From Dysgonamonadaceae bacterium (lineage in GTDB: Bacteria > Bacteroidota > Bacteroidia > Bacteroidales > Dysgonomonadaceae): a stretch of 54,481 nucleotides of DNA. Below the pieces are notes generated by a model. The model searched no databases, was not told the DNA's origin, and saw only the letters and a program-made list of their open reading frames with translations. Made by a program: the position numbers and the translations under genes. This document shows positions 18,629-27,652 of this stretch, piece by piece. The stretch lies in contig JARKPE010000078.1 in NCBI GenBank assembly GCA_029975415.1, forward strand, positions 1 to 54,481, in the 5' to 3' direction. Position 1 is the first letter of the stretch. Each line of letters starts with the position of its first letter.

Positions 18629-19612
18629 ATGCAATTTGCAAACCCTGAATATTTGTATTTACTATTGTTGCTGATTCCGCTTATCGCCTGGTATATTTTC
18701 AAACTATCGAAGATGCAGGCCTCATTCAAGCTGGCTTCGACTCAGGCTTTCAAGGACGTTAAGCCAAATATGAGGGTGTATATGCGCCATTTTCCTTTTG
18801 TCTTGCGCGTGATCTCATTAGCACTTATCATCATCGTCTTAGCAAGACCGCAGGCAGTCAATAGTTGGGAGGAAACCCAATCGCAAGGTATTGATATTGT
18901 TCTGGCTTTAGACGTTTCGGGATCAATGCTTGCTCAGGATTTGCAACCCAATCGGCTCGAAGCAGCAAAAAAAGTGGCATCCGAATTTGTGACGAATCGC
19001 AAAAATGATAAGATTGGACTTGTGATTTTCGCAGGAGAAAGTTTTACCCAATGTCCACTCACCACCGATCATAAAGTATTGCTTAATTTGTTGAAAGATG
19101 TGAATTTCGGTATGATAGAGGACGGTACAGCTATCGGACTTGGATTAGCTAATAGTGTTAATCGCCTCAAAGATAGTCCTTCGAAATCGAAAGTTGTGAT
19201 TCTGCTCACGGATGGAACCAACAATCGGGGTCAGATAGCACCGCTTACTGCTGCCGATTTGGCCAAATCGTACGGCATTCGCGTTTATACGATTGGTGTT
19301 GGAACAAAAGGAATGGCACCTACGCCCGTACAGACGCCTTTTGGAATGCGTATCCAGAATATGCCGGTGGACATCGACGAAAAAACCTTGACCGAAATCG
19401 CATCGCTTACCGGTGGTCAATATTTCAGAGCCGTGGATACGGAAGGCCTTCGTGAAGTTTATCGCGAAATAGATCAGATGGAAAAATACTTGATTAGTGT
19501 TCAGAATGTTACGCGAAAAAAAGAATTGTTTCTTCCCTTTGCTTTGGCGGCATTAGCGCTTATTTTGATAGAATTGATTTTGCGTAGAACGTGGCTTCGA
19601 ACCATTCCTTGA
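18629..19612 (+). CDS. batA: Aerotolerance protein BatA (vWA domain)
   Basis: N-terminal FANPEYL, LARPQ, DVSGSM MIDAS, GTAIG and LLTDGTNN. Confidence 0.9.
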   Translation: MQFANPEYLYLLLLLIPLIAWYIFKLSKMQASFKLASTQAFKDVKPNMRVYMRHFPFVLRVISLALIIIVLARPQAVNSWEETQSQGIDIVLALDVSGSMLAQDLQPNRLEAAKKVASEFVTNRKNDKIGLVIFAGESFTQCPLTTDHKVLLNLLKDVNFGMIEDGTAIGLGLANSVNRLKDSPSKSKVVILLTDGTNNRGQIAPLTAADLAKSYGIRVYTIGVGTKGMAPTPVQTPFGMRIQNMPVDIDEKTLTEIASLTGGQYFRAVDTEGLREVYREIDQMEKYLISVQNVTRKKELFLPFALAALALILIELILRRTWLRTIP

Positions 19613-19678
19613 GTTTTGAATTTAGAAAGAAGAAAATTAATTTCACAATAAATTAGTGGCATAGCCCTCAAATAAAAT

Positions 19679-20701
19679 ATGTTTCGATTTGGTAGTCCTG
19701 AATTTCTTTATTTGTTGATAGCGCTTCCCTTTTTGGTTGCATTTTATGTATGGATGAACATTCGTAAACGCAACGATGTGAAGAAGCTGGGAACATTGAC
19801 GTTGTTGAAACAAATGATGCCGGAACTTTCTTTAAAACGGTCATATCTGAAATTTTGGATTATTTTTTTGGTATTTACTCTTGGTATTTTTATGTTGGCG
19901 CGACCACAGTTTGGTACGAAAGTCGAAACTGTGAATAAGAAAGGCATAGAATTAGTAATCGCCATAGATGTTTCGAACTCGATGCTTGCTCGAGATGTAT
20001 CACCTAATCGTTTGTCGCGAGCTAAGCAACTTCTGAGCCGTATCATCGACGAGCGAAAGGACGATCAGGTAGCCCTTATCGTTTTTGCTGGAGAGGCTTT
20101 TGTACAAATGCCCATGACTTCTGATACGCAATCGGCCAAATTGTTTCTGAGTACCATTGATCCGAGCCTTGTCCCGGTGCAGGGAACGGCGATTGCGGAT
20201 GCTATCAATTTGGGGGTCAATTGCTTTTCGAACGAAAAAGGTGTTGACAAAGCAATGATTCTCATCACCGATGGCGAAGATCATGAAGGTAACGCAATAG
20301 AAGCAGCCAAACAAGCTGCCGATAAGGGAATTATGGTAAATATTCTCGGAATAGGTTCGCCACAAGGTTCACCTGTTCCACTTGATGAAAATAGTAACGA
20401 TTTTAAAACCGATATGCAGGGAAATATTGTTTTATCGAAACTTAACGAGCAGATATGTAAAGATATAGCAGCCGCAGGCAAGGGTTTGTATGTACAAGTG
20501 GACAATTCCAATTCATCCCTGCGTATATTGCTATCCGAACTGGATAAACTTCAAGCCAAAGATTCGCAAACGCTATCTTACTCGGAGTACGACGAAAAAT
20601 TCCCAATTTTTGCGTGGATGATTTTGATTCTCTTGATCTTCGAAATTTTGATATACGACAAAAAAAATCCGTTATTCAAAAACATTCAACTTTTCAAATG
20701 A
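19679..20701 (+). CDS. batB: Aerotolerance protein BatB (vWA domain)
   Basis: LARPQFG, DVSNSM and ITDGEDHEG. Follows batA. Confidence 0.9.
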   Translation: MFRFGSPEFLYLLIALPFLVAFYVWMNIRKRNDVKKLGTLTLLKQMMPELSLKRSYLKFWIIFLVFTLGIFMLARPQFGTKVETVNKKGIELVIAIDVSNSMLARDVSPNRLSRAKQLLSRIIDERKDDQVALIVFAGEAFVQMPMTSDTQSAKLFLSTIDPSLVPVQGTAIADAINLGVNCFSNEKGVDKAMILITDGEDHEGNAIEAAKQAADKGIMVNILGIGSPQGSPVPLDENSNDFKTDMQGNIVLSKLNEQICKDIAAAGKGLYVQVDNSNSSLRILLSELDKLQAKDSQTLSYSEYDEKFPIFAWMILILLIFEILIYDKKNPLFKNIQLFK

Positions 20702-21411
20702 AAACCTATATTCCAAAATATGTGCTATCAGTGGCATCGATGTTGATGATTACCTTTTCGTTGTCTGCTCAGAAAAATGTACGTAAAAATATACGACAAG
20801 GCAACAAGGCTTTTCAGGAGCAAAAATACACCGAAGCGTCCAAATTCTATCAGGATGCTATCGAAGAAAATCCAAAATCGACGGAAGCTAACTTCAATCT
20901 GGGTAATGCTCTTTATCGACAAAAACAATGGGACAAATCTATCGAGCAGATGAATCATTATCTGGCGATAGAAAAGGATGATCCTGTCAAGATGTCGGCT
21001 GCATGGCATAATATCGGAAACGCATTGTTGCAAAAAAAAGAAATCGAAAAATCTATTGAGGCCTACAAGAATGCTTTAAGATTGAATCCTAACGATGAGG
21101 AAACTCGATACAATTTGGCGGTTGCCCAAAAAATTATGCAAGATCAGCAACAATCGGAAAATAAAAACAATCAAGATAAAAATGAGGAGCAACAGCAAAA
21201 TGAACAACAACAGCCCCAGAATCAACAAAATAAAAATCAAAAACCCGAACAACCCAATGAACCCGAGCAAATGTCGCAAAGTAATGCGCGACAAATTTTG
21301 CAAGCTATAGAACAGGACGAAAAAGAGACTCAACAAAAAGTGCAGCAAATAAAAGCTCAGGAACGTCAACAGAAAGCTGAAGAAAATAGAAGACAAAACA
21401 AAGATTGGTAG
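20698..21411 (+). CDS. batC: Aerotolerance protein BatC (TPR repeats, Q/N-rich linker)
   Basis: ATG overlaps the batB stop (ATGA). Signal peptide, TPR repeats (FNLGNALY, HNIGNAL, YKNALRLNP) and terminal KDW. Confidence 0.88.
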   Translation: MKTYIPKYVLSVASMLMITFSLSAQKNVRKNIRQGNKAFQEQKYTEASKFYQDAIEENPKSTEANFNLGNALYRQKQWDKSIEQMNHYLAIEKDDPVKMSAAWHNIGNALLQKKEIEKSIEAYKNALRLNPNDEETRYNLAVAQKIMQDQQQSENKNNQDKNEEQQQNEQQQPQNQQNKNQKPEQPNEPEQMSQSNARQILQAIEQDEKETQQKVQQIKAQERQQKAEENRRQNKDW

Positions 21412-21417
21412 AGCTTT

Positions 21418-23259
21418 ATGAAAGAGATCAGAAATATATTACAATTCAAAAACATACTTATCTTTTCCTTGGTAGTTTTTGCTTTTACGGCGCAAGCTCA
21501 GGTTACGTTTCGGGCTTCAGCACCTGCTACGGTGGTCAAAGGTCAGCAATTCAGATTAACTTATACGCTCAACAAAGAGGGTAAAGACTTGAGATTGCCT
21601 TCGAACATGGATGGATTCGAAATTCTTTTCGGACCTTCTGTTTCTACTAGTTACAGTCAGCAAACCGTCAACGGGAAAACTACATCCGAAAGCTCAGTAT
21701 CCTATACCTATATTCTGGTGGCCGACAAGGAAGGCTCTTATACCATCGGTCCTGCTTCCGTCAAGGTAGATGGAGCTACCTACACTTCTAATTCGGTACA
21801 AATTAAAGTGATTAGAGAAGAAAACATTCCTAAAGGACAGTCCGGAAGAGGAAATTCTTCCACTCGGGGAGGTTCGGCTACGTTGAGTTCGAATGATGCT
21901 TTTATTCGAGCTATTGTTTCGAAAAACAACATTTACGAACAGGAAGGATTCACTGTTACTTTCAGACTTTATACTACCTACAACGTTACGGATTTGGGAA
22001 AAATTCAATTTCCCGAATTCGAAGGATTTATGGTTGAAGAAATAGATTTACCGGCAAATCAGCAAATGCAGATCGAAAATTTCAACGGGCGCAATTACTA
22101 TACGGCCGATTTGCGTAAAACACTCCTTTTCCCTCAAAGATCCGGAAAAATTACTATTCCGAGCGGACGCATCGAGATGGTTTTTTCAGTTCCTTCCGGC
22201 CGAAGAATCGAAAGTTTTTTCGGTTCGCAGGAAGTAATGGTTGATGTAAAAAAAGCTTTGGTTACCAATCCGGTTACGATTGATGTCAAACCGCTTCCGG
22301 ATGATAAGCCCGAAAGCTTCACGGGAGCTGTAGGCCAATTTACTTTCCGACCCTCCATAAGTACGCAACAAACCAGAGCAAATGAACCGATTACGCTCAC
22401 GCTCGAAATCAGTGGAACCGGAAATTTAAAATTGATTCAGAATCCAAAAATCGAATTTCCATCAAATTTCGAAGTTTACGATCCGACAGTTGAAAATAAA
22501 GTACAAGTAACGGCTAATGGTCTTTCGGGAACGAAAAAAATACAATATCTCGTTATACCTCGTTATGAAGGCAAATATACAATTCCTGCGATTGAATTTT
22601 CTTATTTTGATTTGTCAACTCGATCCTATAAAATTCTGAAATCGCCCGAATATTCCATCGAAGTTGCCAAAGGTGATCCATCTAAGGCCAATGCCAGCAG
22701 CTATATTAATCAGCAAAGTGTGAAAGTTGAAGAGGATATTCGTTTCCTTAAAATCGGTCAGCCAACATTTCATTCCAAAAACGAGTTTTTTGTCGGCTCT
22801 TTCGTTTATTGGCTTTGGTATATAATTCCGCTTACATTGTTTATATGCCTTTATATCGTTTATCGAAAACAGGCCGAGCAGAATGCCAATGTTGCCTTGA
22901 TGCGCAACCGGCAGGCCAACAAAGTAGCCACAAAGAGACTCAGGATGGCTGACAGGTTTTTGAAAGAGCATCGTAAGGAAGAGTTTTATGATGAAGTTTT
23001 AAGAGCTCTGTGGGGGTATTTCAGTGACAAACTATCCATTCCTCTGGCTCAATTATCGAGGGAAAATGTTGGCGCTGAATTGTACAAGCAAGGTATTGAT
23101 GAATCGCTTATTACCACCTTCATGCAGATACTCGATGCCTGCGAGTTTGCTCGTTACGCTCCTGCAGAATCCGACCATGCGATGGATCAGTTGTATAATC
23201 AGACAATTGAAGCAATTGGAAAAATGGAGAATCAATTAAAAACAAACGGTAAAAAATAA
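21418..23259 (+). CDS. batD: Aerotolerance protein BatD
   Basis: Signal peptide, LFGPSVS, FTGAVGQF, C-terminal TM and CEFARYAP. Confidence 0.88.
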   Translation: MKEIRNILQFKNILIFSLVVFAFTAQAQVTFRASAPATVVKGQQFRLTYTLNKEGKDLRLPSNMDGFEILFGPSVSTSYSQQTVNGKTTSESSVSYTYILVADKEGSYTIGPASVKVDGATYTSNSVQIKVIREENIPKGQSGRGNSSTRGGSATLSSNDAFIRAIVSKNNIYEQEGFTVTFRLYTTYNVTDLGKIQFPEFEGFMVEEIDLPANQQMQIENFNGRNYYTADLRKTLLFPQRSGKITIPSGRIEMVFSVPSGRRIESFFGSQEVMVDVKKALVTNPVTIDVKPLPDDKPESFTGAVGQFTFRPSISTQQTRANEPITLTLEISGTGNLKLIQNPKIEFPSNFEVYDPTVENKVQVTANGLSGTKKIQYLVIPRYEGKYTIPAIEFSYFDLSTRSYKILKSPEYSIEVAKGDPSKANASSYINQQSVKVEEDIRFLKIGQPTFHSKNEFFVGSFVYWLWYIIPLTLFICLYIVYRKQAEQNANVALMRNRQANKVATKRLRMADRFLKEHRKEEFYDEVLRALWGYFSDKLSIPLAQLSRENVGAELYKQGIDESLITTFMQILDACEFARYAPAESDHAMDQLYNQTIEAIGKMENQLKTNGKK

Positions 23260-23263
23260 GTTT

Positions 23264-24049
23264 ATGAAAACGAAATCTATACATACGGCTTTTACCATTT
23301 TTTTGGCTTCTTTTCTTTTTTTCTTTGTTTCGGTTTCCGCTCAAAGTAAAACAGGTGTTGAAGCTGCGGAAGAAGCTTATCGTGCCGGTAATTTCAAGAA
23401 AAGTATTGACTTATACGAAGGAGTAGTTGCACAATATCTTTCCGAAGGAAAGGAATCGCCCGAAATTTATTATAATCTTGGTAATGCCTATTTTCGTGAT
23501 GGACAGATAGCAAAAGCTATACTCAATTACGAACGGGCGCTTCTACTGGATCCGGGAGATGGAGATATTCGTCATAATCTACAATTTGCCCGTATGCGCA
23601 TTGAAGACAAAATAGATGTATCAGGAACGTTCTTTCTTTCGAATTGGTTTCATTCTGTTCAAAATATTTTCAATTCAAATCAATGGAGTAAATTTGCTAT
23701 TGTTTCCTTTTTGGTCTTTCTGCTCTGTTTAGCCGGATATCTGTTCTCAAGAATGTTATGGCTCAAAAAGACTTCTTTTTATGTCGGTTTATTTGCCCTG
23801 CTGCTTACTATCGTTGCCAATGTTTTTGCTTTCAATCAAAAAAAATTACGTCTTCATCGCGAAACAGGTATTGTGATGTCGGCGGCCGCGTCTATTAAAA
23901 CATCGCCCGATATCAATAGTAAGGAAATATTTCAGCTTCATGCCGGGACTAAAGTTAGAATAAAAGGGACAGACGCCAACTGGTATGAAATTCAAATTGC
24001 AAATGGAAGTGTCGGATGGATTCCAAAGGAACTTGTAGAAATAATATGA
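23264..24049 (+). CDS. batE: Aerotolerance protein BatE (TPR + SH3)
   Basis: YYNLGNAYFR, AILNYERALLLDP, two TM segments and C-terminal LHAGTKV...GWIP. Confidence 0.9.
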   Translation: MKTKSIHTAFTIFLASFLFFFVSVSAQSKTGVEAAEEAYRAGNFKKSIDLYEGVVAQYLSEGKESPEIYYNLGNAYFRDGQIAKAILNYERALLLDPGDGDIRHNLQFARMRIEDKIDVSGTFFLSNWFHSVQNIFNSNQWSKFAIVSFLVFLLCLAGYLFSRMLWLKKTSFYVGLFALLLTIVANVFAFNQKKLRLHRETGIVMSAAASIKTSPDINSKEIFQLHAGTKVRIKGTDANWYEIQIANGSVGWIPKELVEII

Positions 24050-24055
24050 ATCAAT

Positions 24056-24748
24056 ATGAACGAATTTATAGATCAATTTCTCCCGGTAGAACGCCATCTT
24101 TTTTTTGTGCTCAATGGGAGCGATTCTCCATTCCTGGATAATCTCATGTGGACATATACTAGACCTATTGCATGGATGCCTCTTTTTTTGTTTCTGATAT
24201 TCATGATGTTCTATAAAACATCGTATAAAGAAGCCATTCTGACGCTCGTTCTTTTTCTATTGGTTTTTGGCATTTCCGATTTTGTTTCTTCTTCTGTATT
24301 CAAGCCGCTTTTTCATCGCTTCAGGCCTACTCATTATCCGGGTTTCGAGGAATATATCGATATAGTTCGCAATTATCGTGGAGGGAAGTACGGCTTCATT
24401 TCGGGGCACGCATGTACAAGTTTTGGAATTGCAACTTTTATTTCGTTGATATTTCGCTATAAATGGGTTACGATTACATCCATGCTTTGGGCTCCTATCA
24501 ACAGCTATTCCCGTATTTATTTGGGGGTGCATTTTATCTCTGATATCGTTGCCGGTGCAATTGTGGGAGCTATGATCGCATTTTTGTTTTTTGAATTGTA
24601 TAAATGGGTTCGGCGTAAATATTTTCATGTCGAATTAACTAAGTCGATACAATCGGTTTATAATGAACAAAGTGCAAAAATAATTGCGATTTGCATTCCC
24701 TGCTATATTTTATTGCTTCTTGCCCTTAGTCCGTTTTTATATCGATAA
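24056..24748 (+). CDS. PAP2 family membrane phosphatase (candidate lipid A phosphatase)
   Basis: C1 KPLFHRFRP, C2 ISGH and C3 SRIYLGVHFISD motifs. Confidence 0.88.
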   Translation: MNEFIDQFLPVERHLFFVLNGSDSPFLDNLMWTYTRPIAWMPLFLFLIFMMFYKTSYKEAILTLVLFLLVFGISDFVSSSVFKPLFHRFRPTHYPGFEEYIDIVRNYRGGKYGFISGHACTSFGIATFISLIFRYKWVTITSMLWAPINSYSRIYLGVHFISDIVAGAIVGAMIAFLFFELYKWVRRKYFHVELTKSIQSVYNEQSAKIIAICIPCYILLLLALSPFLYR

Positions 24749-24863
24749 CGGATTATTGTTTTGAAATTTTTTCATTAAATAATTGCTTATATCTAAACTT
24801 TTCCGTATGTTTAAAGCGTGATAAAAAAGTAGCTATTATTAATCATAAAAAAATTAAAGAGCC

Positions 24864-25148
24864 ATGGCAAAAACTCTCACATTTAATGAATTACGATCTT
24901 TTAAAGACAAATTGCCTGACGGAAGTATGCACAAAATTGCAGACGAGTTAGAGCTTGATATCGAAACAGTACGTAATTATTTCGGTGGTCATAATTATAA
25001 ATACGGTTCAAGTGTGGGTATTCACATCGAACCGGGTCCCGATGGAGGAATAGTAGTATTGGATGATACAACTATCTTTGACAAGGCATTGGAAATTTTA
25101 GGCCTTTCGGATTATCCCGAAACGCCTGTTGAAGAAGATCGTGTGTAG
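24864..25148 (+). CDS. Small conserved Bacteroidales DNA-binding (HTH-like) protein
   Basis: TFNELR..KD.LP.GSMHKIADEL.L.IETVRNYFGG helix-turn-helix pattern and HIEPGPDGGIV. Confidence 0.75.
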   Translation: MAKTLTFNELRSFKDKLPDGSMHKIADELELDIETVRNYFGGHNYKYGSSVGIHIEPGPDGGIVVLDDTTIFDKALEILGLSDYPETPVEEDRV

Positions 25149-25170
25149 AAAATAAAACTAAACTTTTCAG

Positions 25171-25208
25171 AATCCAATATTGTTCTATTGTAAGAAGAAT
25201 ATTGGATT
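25171..25208 (+). terminator. Intergenic hairpin (terminator/attenuator-like)
   Basis: AATCCAATATT ... AATATTGGATT 11-bp inverted repeat between two co-directional genes. Confidence 0.45.
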
Positions 25209-25232
25209 TGTCATTTTCAAATATACCGCATT

Positions 25233-26390
25233 ATGGAAAACAATGAAAACAACAAGCAAACAGGTGATGAACTTGTAACGGTAGCGATCCACACCTACGG
25301 AAAGGCCCAGATCTTGAAATCGATACTCGAATCGGAGGGTATTCCTGCAGTTCTGAACAGCGTGAGTATCATTCAGCCAAATCCGGCAGGGCAAGTGCGC
25401 GTGAGAATCAATTCGAGAGATCTGCCCAAAGCTTTAGCCATAATTGAGAATGTAGATTTATCTTACGAAACATCTTCTGCAGAGAAAGTTGAGGAAGATA
25501 ATCATAAAACTTCAAAAGAGATTTTGGTGCCGATTGATTTTTCTGCACCCTCAATGAAAGCATGTGAGTTCGCTTTTAGGCTGGCAAACGATCTCCACTG
25601 TCATATCAAATTGATGCACGCATATTTTTCACCGTACTATCCTATGGCTATTCCTTTTGGGGATACTTTCGCTATTCAGGCTCCTGACGAAGAATTATAC
25701 AAAAACATCCATAAGAAAGTAGAGGCCCAGATGGAAGAATGGACGAAAACATTACAAAATAAAATTCAAGCAGGATCGTTGCCTGATATCCATTATTCAA
25801 CTCTTTTAGTCGAAGGTCTTCCCGAAGAGGAAATTATCAATTATTCTCGCAAGGTCAAACCCACAGCTATTGTGATGGGAACAAGAGGTAGTAGCGAGAG
25901 GGATTTGGATTTGATCGGAAGCGTTACCGCTGAAGTGATTGAAGGCTGTCGAACTCCAATTTTTGCCATTCCGGATGATGCGCCAGATAAGCCTTTGAGT
26001 GAGATGACCAAAATTGCCTTTCTTACCAATTTCAGAGAACGCGAATTTGTAGCATTCGAGCGATTGATGAAATTAATAGGAGACCGACATATCGAAGTTT
26101 ATATTCTACATATCAGTAAGAAAGATGATCTATGGAATGAAATAAAGTTATCAGGGATGAAGAATTATCTTAAAGAAAAATATCCTCATCTCGAGATTCA
26201 TTATAAGCTGATTGATAGTGCTAACGATAGGTTAGAAGTGGCAATAGATAATTTTGTGAAAGAAAATCAAATCGATATGATATCTATGTCAAGTTCGAGG
26301 AGAAATATTTTTGCCAGAATGTTTAATCCCGGATTGGCTCGAAGAGTTATATTCCATTCGAAAACACCTTTGCTCGTGCTCAAGAATTGA
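25233..26390 (+). CDS. Universal stress protein (tandem USP domains) with a small N-terminal DUF2007-like domain
   Basis: AQILKSILESEGI N-domain, ILVPIDFS, IVMGTRG and IGSVTAEVI. Confidence 0.88.
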   Translation: MENNENNKQTGDELVTVAIHTYGKAQILKSILESEGIPAVLNSVSIIQPNPAGQVRVRINSRDLPKALAIIENVDLSYETSSAEKVEEDNHKTSKEILVPIDFSAPSMKACEFAFRLANDLHCHIKLMHAYFSPYYPMAIPFGDTFAIQAPDEELYKNIHKKVEAQMEEWTKTLQNKIQAGSLPDIHYSTLLVEGLPEEEIINYSRKVKPTAIVMGTRGSSERDLDLIGSVTAEVIEGCRTPIFAIPDDAPDKPLSEMTKIAFLTNFREREFVAFERLMKLIGDRHIEVYILHISKKDDLWNEIKLSGMKNYLKEKYPHLEIHYKLIDSANDRLEVAIDNFVKENQIDMISMSSSRRNIFARMFNPGLARRVIFHSKTPLLVLKN

Positions 26391-26394
26391 AAAC

Positions 26395-26422
26395 AAAAAA
26401 GGAATCCATAGGGATTCCTTTT
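26395..26422. terminator. Bidirectional intrinsic terminator between usp and skp
   Basis: AAAAGGAATCC-atag-GGATTCCTTTT between convergent genes. Confidence 0.8.
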
Positions 26423-26450
26423 CATTTTTAAAAAACGGAAAACTTATTTT

Positions 26451-26969
26451 TTATTTTAATCCGAGTTTTGTCTTTACAAGAGGGGTTGCATCTTCGGAAG
26501 TGTTGTGTATATACACAATCTGCGAAGCCTGAGTCGCTATGTCGAAGATGTAAGCATATCCTTTTTCGTCGCCGACGGCTTTGATAGCATCAGCAATTTT
26601 TTTGTTTACGGGAGCAACGAGTTTCTGGTATAATTCCTGTTGTTCCTTGTCACTGTTTTGCAAAAATTGTTGATAACGTTCTTGAATTTGAATCAGTTGT
26701 TTTTGCTGATCCTGTTTCACTGCATCGCTGACGGTAGTGGTGTTAGCCGCTTTGCTAAATTCATCCAGTTTTGTGTTGTACTCTGTTTGGAGAGCTTCAG
26801 CATTTTTCCTCACTTGTTCCTGCTTGTCATTCAACTGTTTTTCAATGTCCGGAACCTCGGGCATCGCCATAAAAATTTCCTGTGAATTGATATAGGCAAT
26901 TTTTCCGCTTTGAGCAAAAATTGCCATAGGCACTAGTGCAGCAATTAAAATAATAAGTTTTTTAAGCAT
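26451..26969 (-). CDS. OmpH/Skp periplasmic chaperone
   Basis: Signal peptide, KIAYINSQEIFMAMPE, coiled coil and GYAYIFD. Own TATCTTTG element at rc 27023-27030. Confidence 0.9.
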   Translation of the reverse strand: MLKKLIILIAALVPMAIFAQSGKIAYINSQEIFMAMPEVPDIEKQLNDKQEQVRKNAEALQTEYNTKLDEFSKAANTTTVSDAVKQDQQKQLIQIQERYQQFLQNSDKEQQELYQKLVAPVNKKIADAIKAVGDEKGYAYIFDIATQASQIVYIHNTSEDATPLVKTKLGLK

Positions 26970-27042
26970 AATGAATTTGTATTCGTTGTTAATATTTTGT
27001 ATTGTTTTTGTTGAATTGCGAGCAAAGATAAACGATTTATTT

Positions 27043-27555
27043 TTAATATCCTAACTTAGCCAATACTTGGTCGCTGATATCGATGTCGGGTGATGCAAAA
27101 ATAATGGGGTTGGCAGAAGCTCTGTCAATGACAATTTTATATCCTGAAGAAATCGATATTTCTTTTACAGCGTTATAAATCTCATCCTGAATTGGTTTCA
27201 TGAATGCTTCTCGTTGTTTAAACAAATCGCCTTCTGGTCCGAAATATTTCGTACGAAGTGTTTGCAATTCTTTCTCCTTGGCTACAATTTCGTTTTCTCG
27301 AGCAGTTTTTTCGGAAGGGCTTAGTTTAGCTAAATCGGCCTGATATTTTTTATACATTGATTCCACTTCGCCGGCTAAAGCGTCAATTTCGCTTTGCCAT
27401 TTTGCAGAAGTCGTTTCCAATTGTTTGTTGGCATTTTCGTATGATGGAATTTTTTTTAGAATGTATTCCATGTCAATCAGTGCATACTTCTGTGCAAAAG
27501 TATTTTGTAAGCCAAGTATGCAGAAAATTCCTGCAAATAAAAGTATTTTTTTCAT
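27043..27555 (-). CDS. OmpH/Skp periplasmic chaperone (Omp17-like)
   Basis: MKKILLF signal, KYALIDMEYILKKIPSY, KYFGPEGDLF and DISDQVL. Confidence 0.9.
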   Translation of the reverse strand: MKKILLFAGIFCILGLQNTFAQKYALIDMEYILKKIPSYENANKQLETTSAKWQSEIDALAGEVESMYKKYQADLAKLSPSEKTARENEIVAKEKELQTLRTKYFGPEGDLFKQREAFMKPIQDEIYNAVKEISISSGYKIVIDRASANPIIFASPDIDISDQVLAKLGY

Positions 27556-27652
27556 TGCTGTTAATGTTACTGTTTCATTTACTAAATATGACACTGGTTT
27601 TTGAGTTTTGTTTATTAGCTCATGGTGTAAATATTGTTAAACGACTCTCAGG

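Noticed and set aside
21140-21400. CAA/CAG-rich low-complexity stretch
   Set aside because: Ordinary Q/N-rich linker of BatC; no regular repeat unit.
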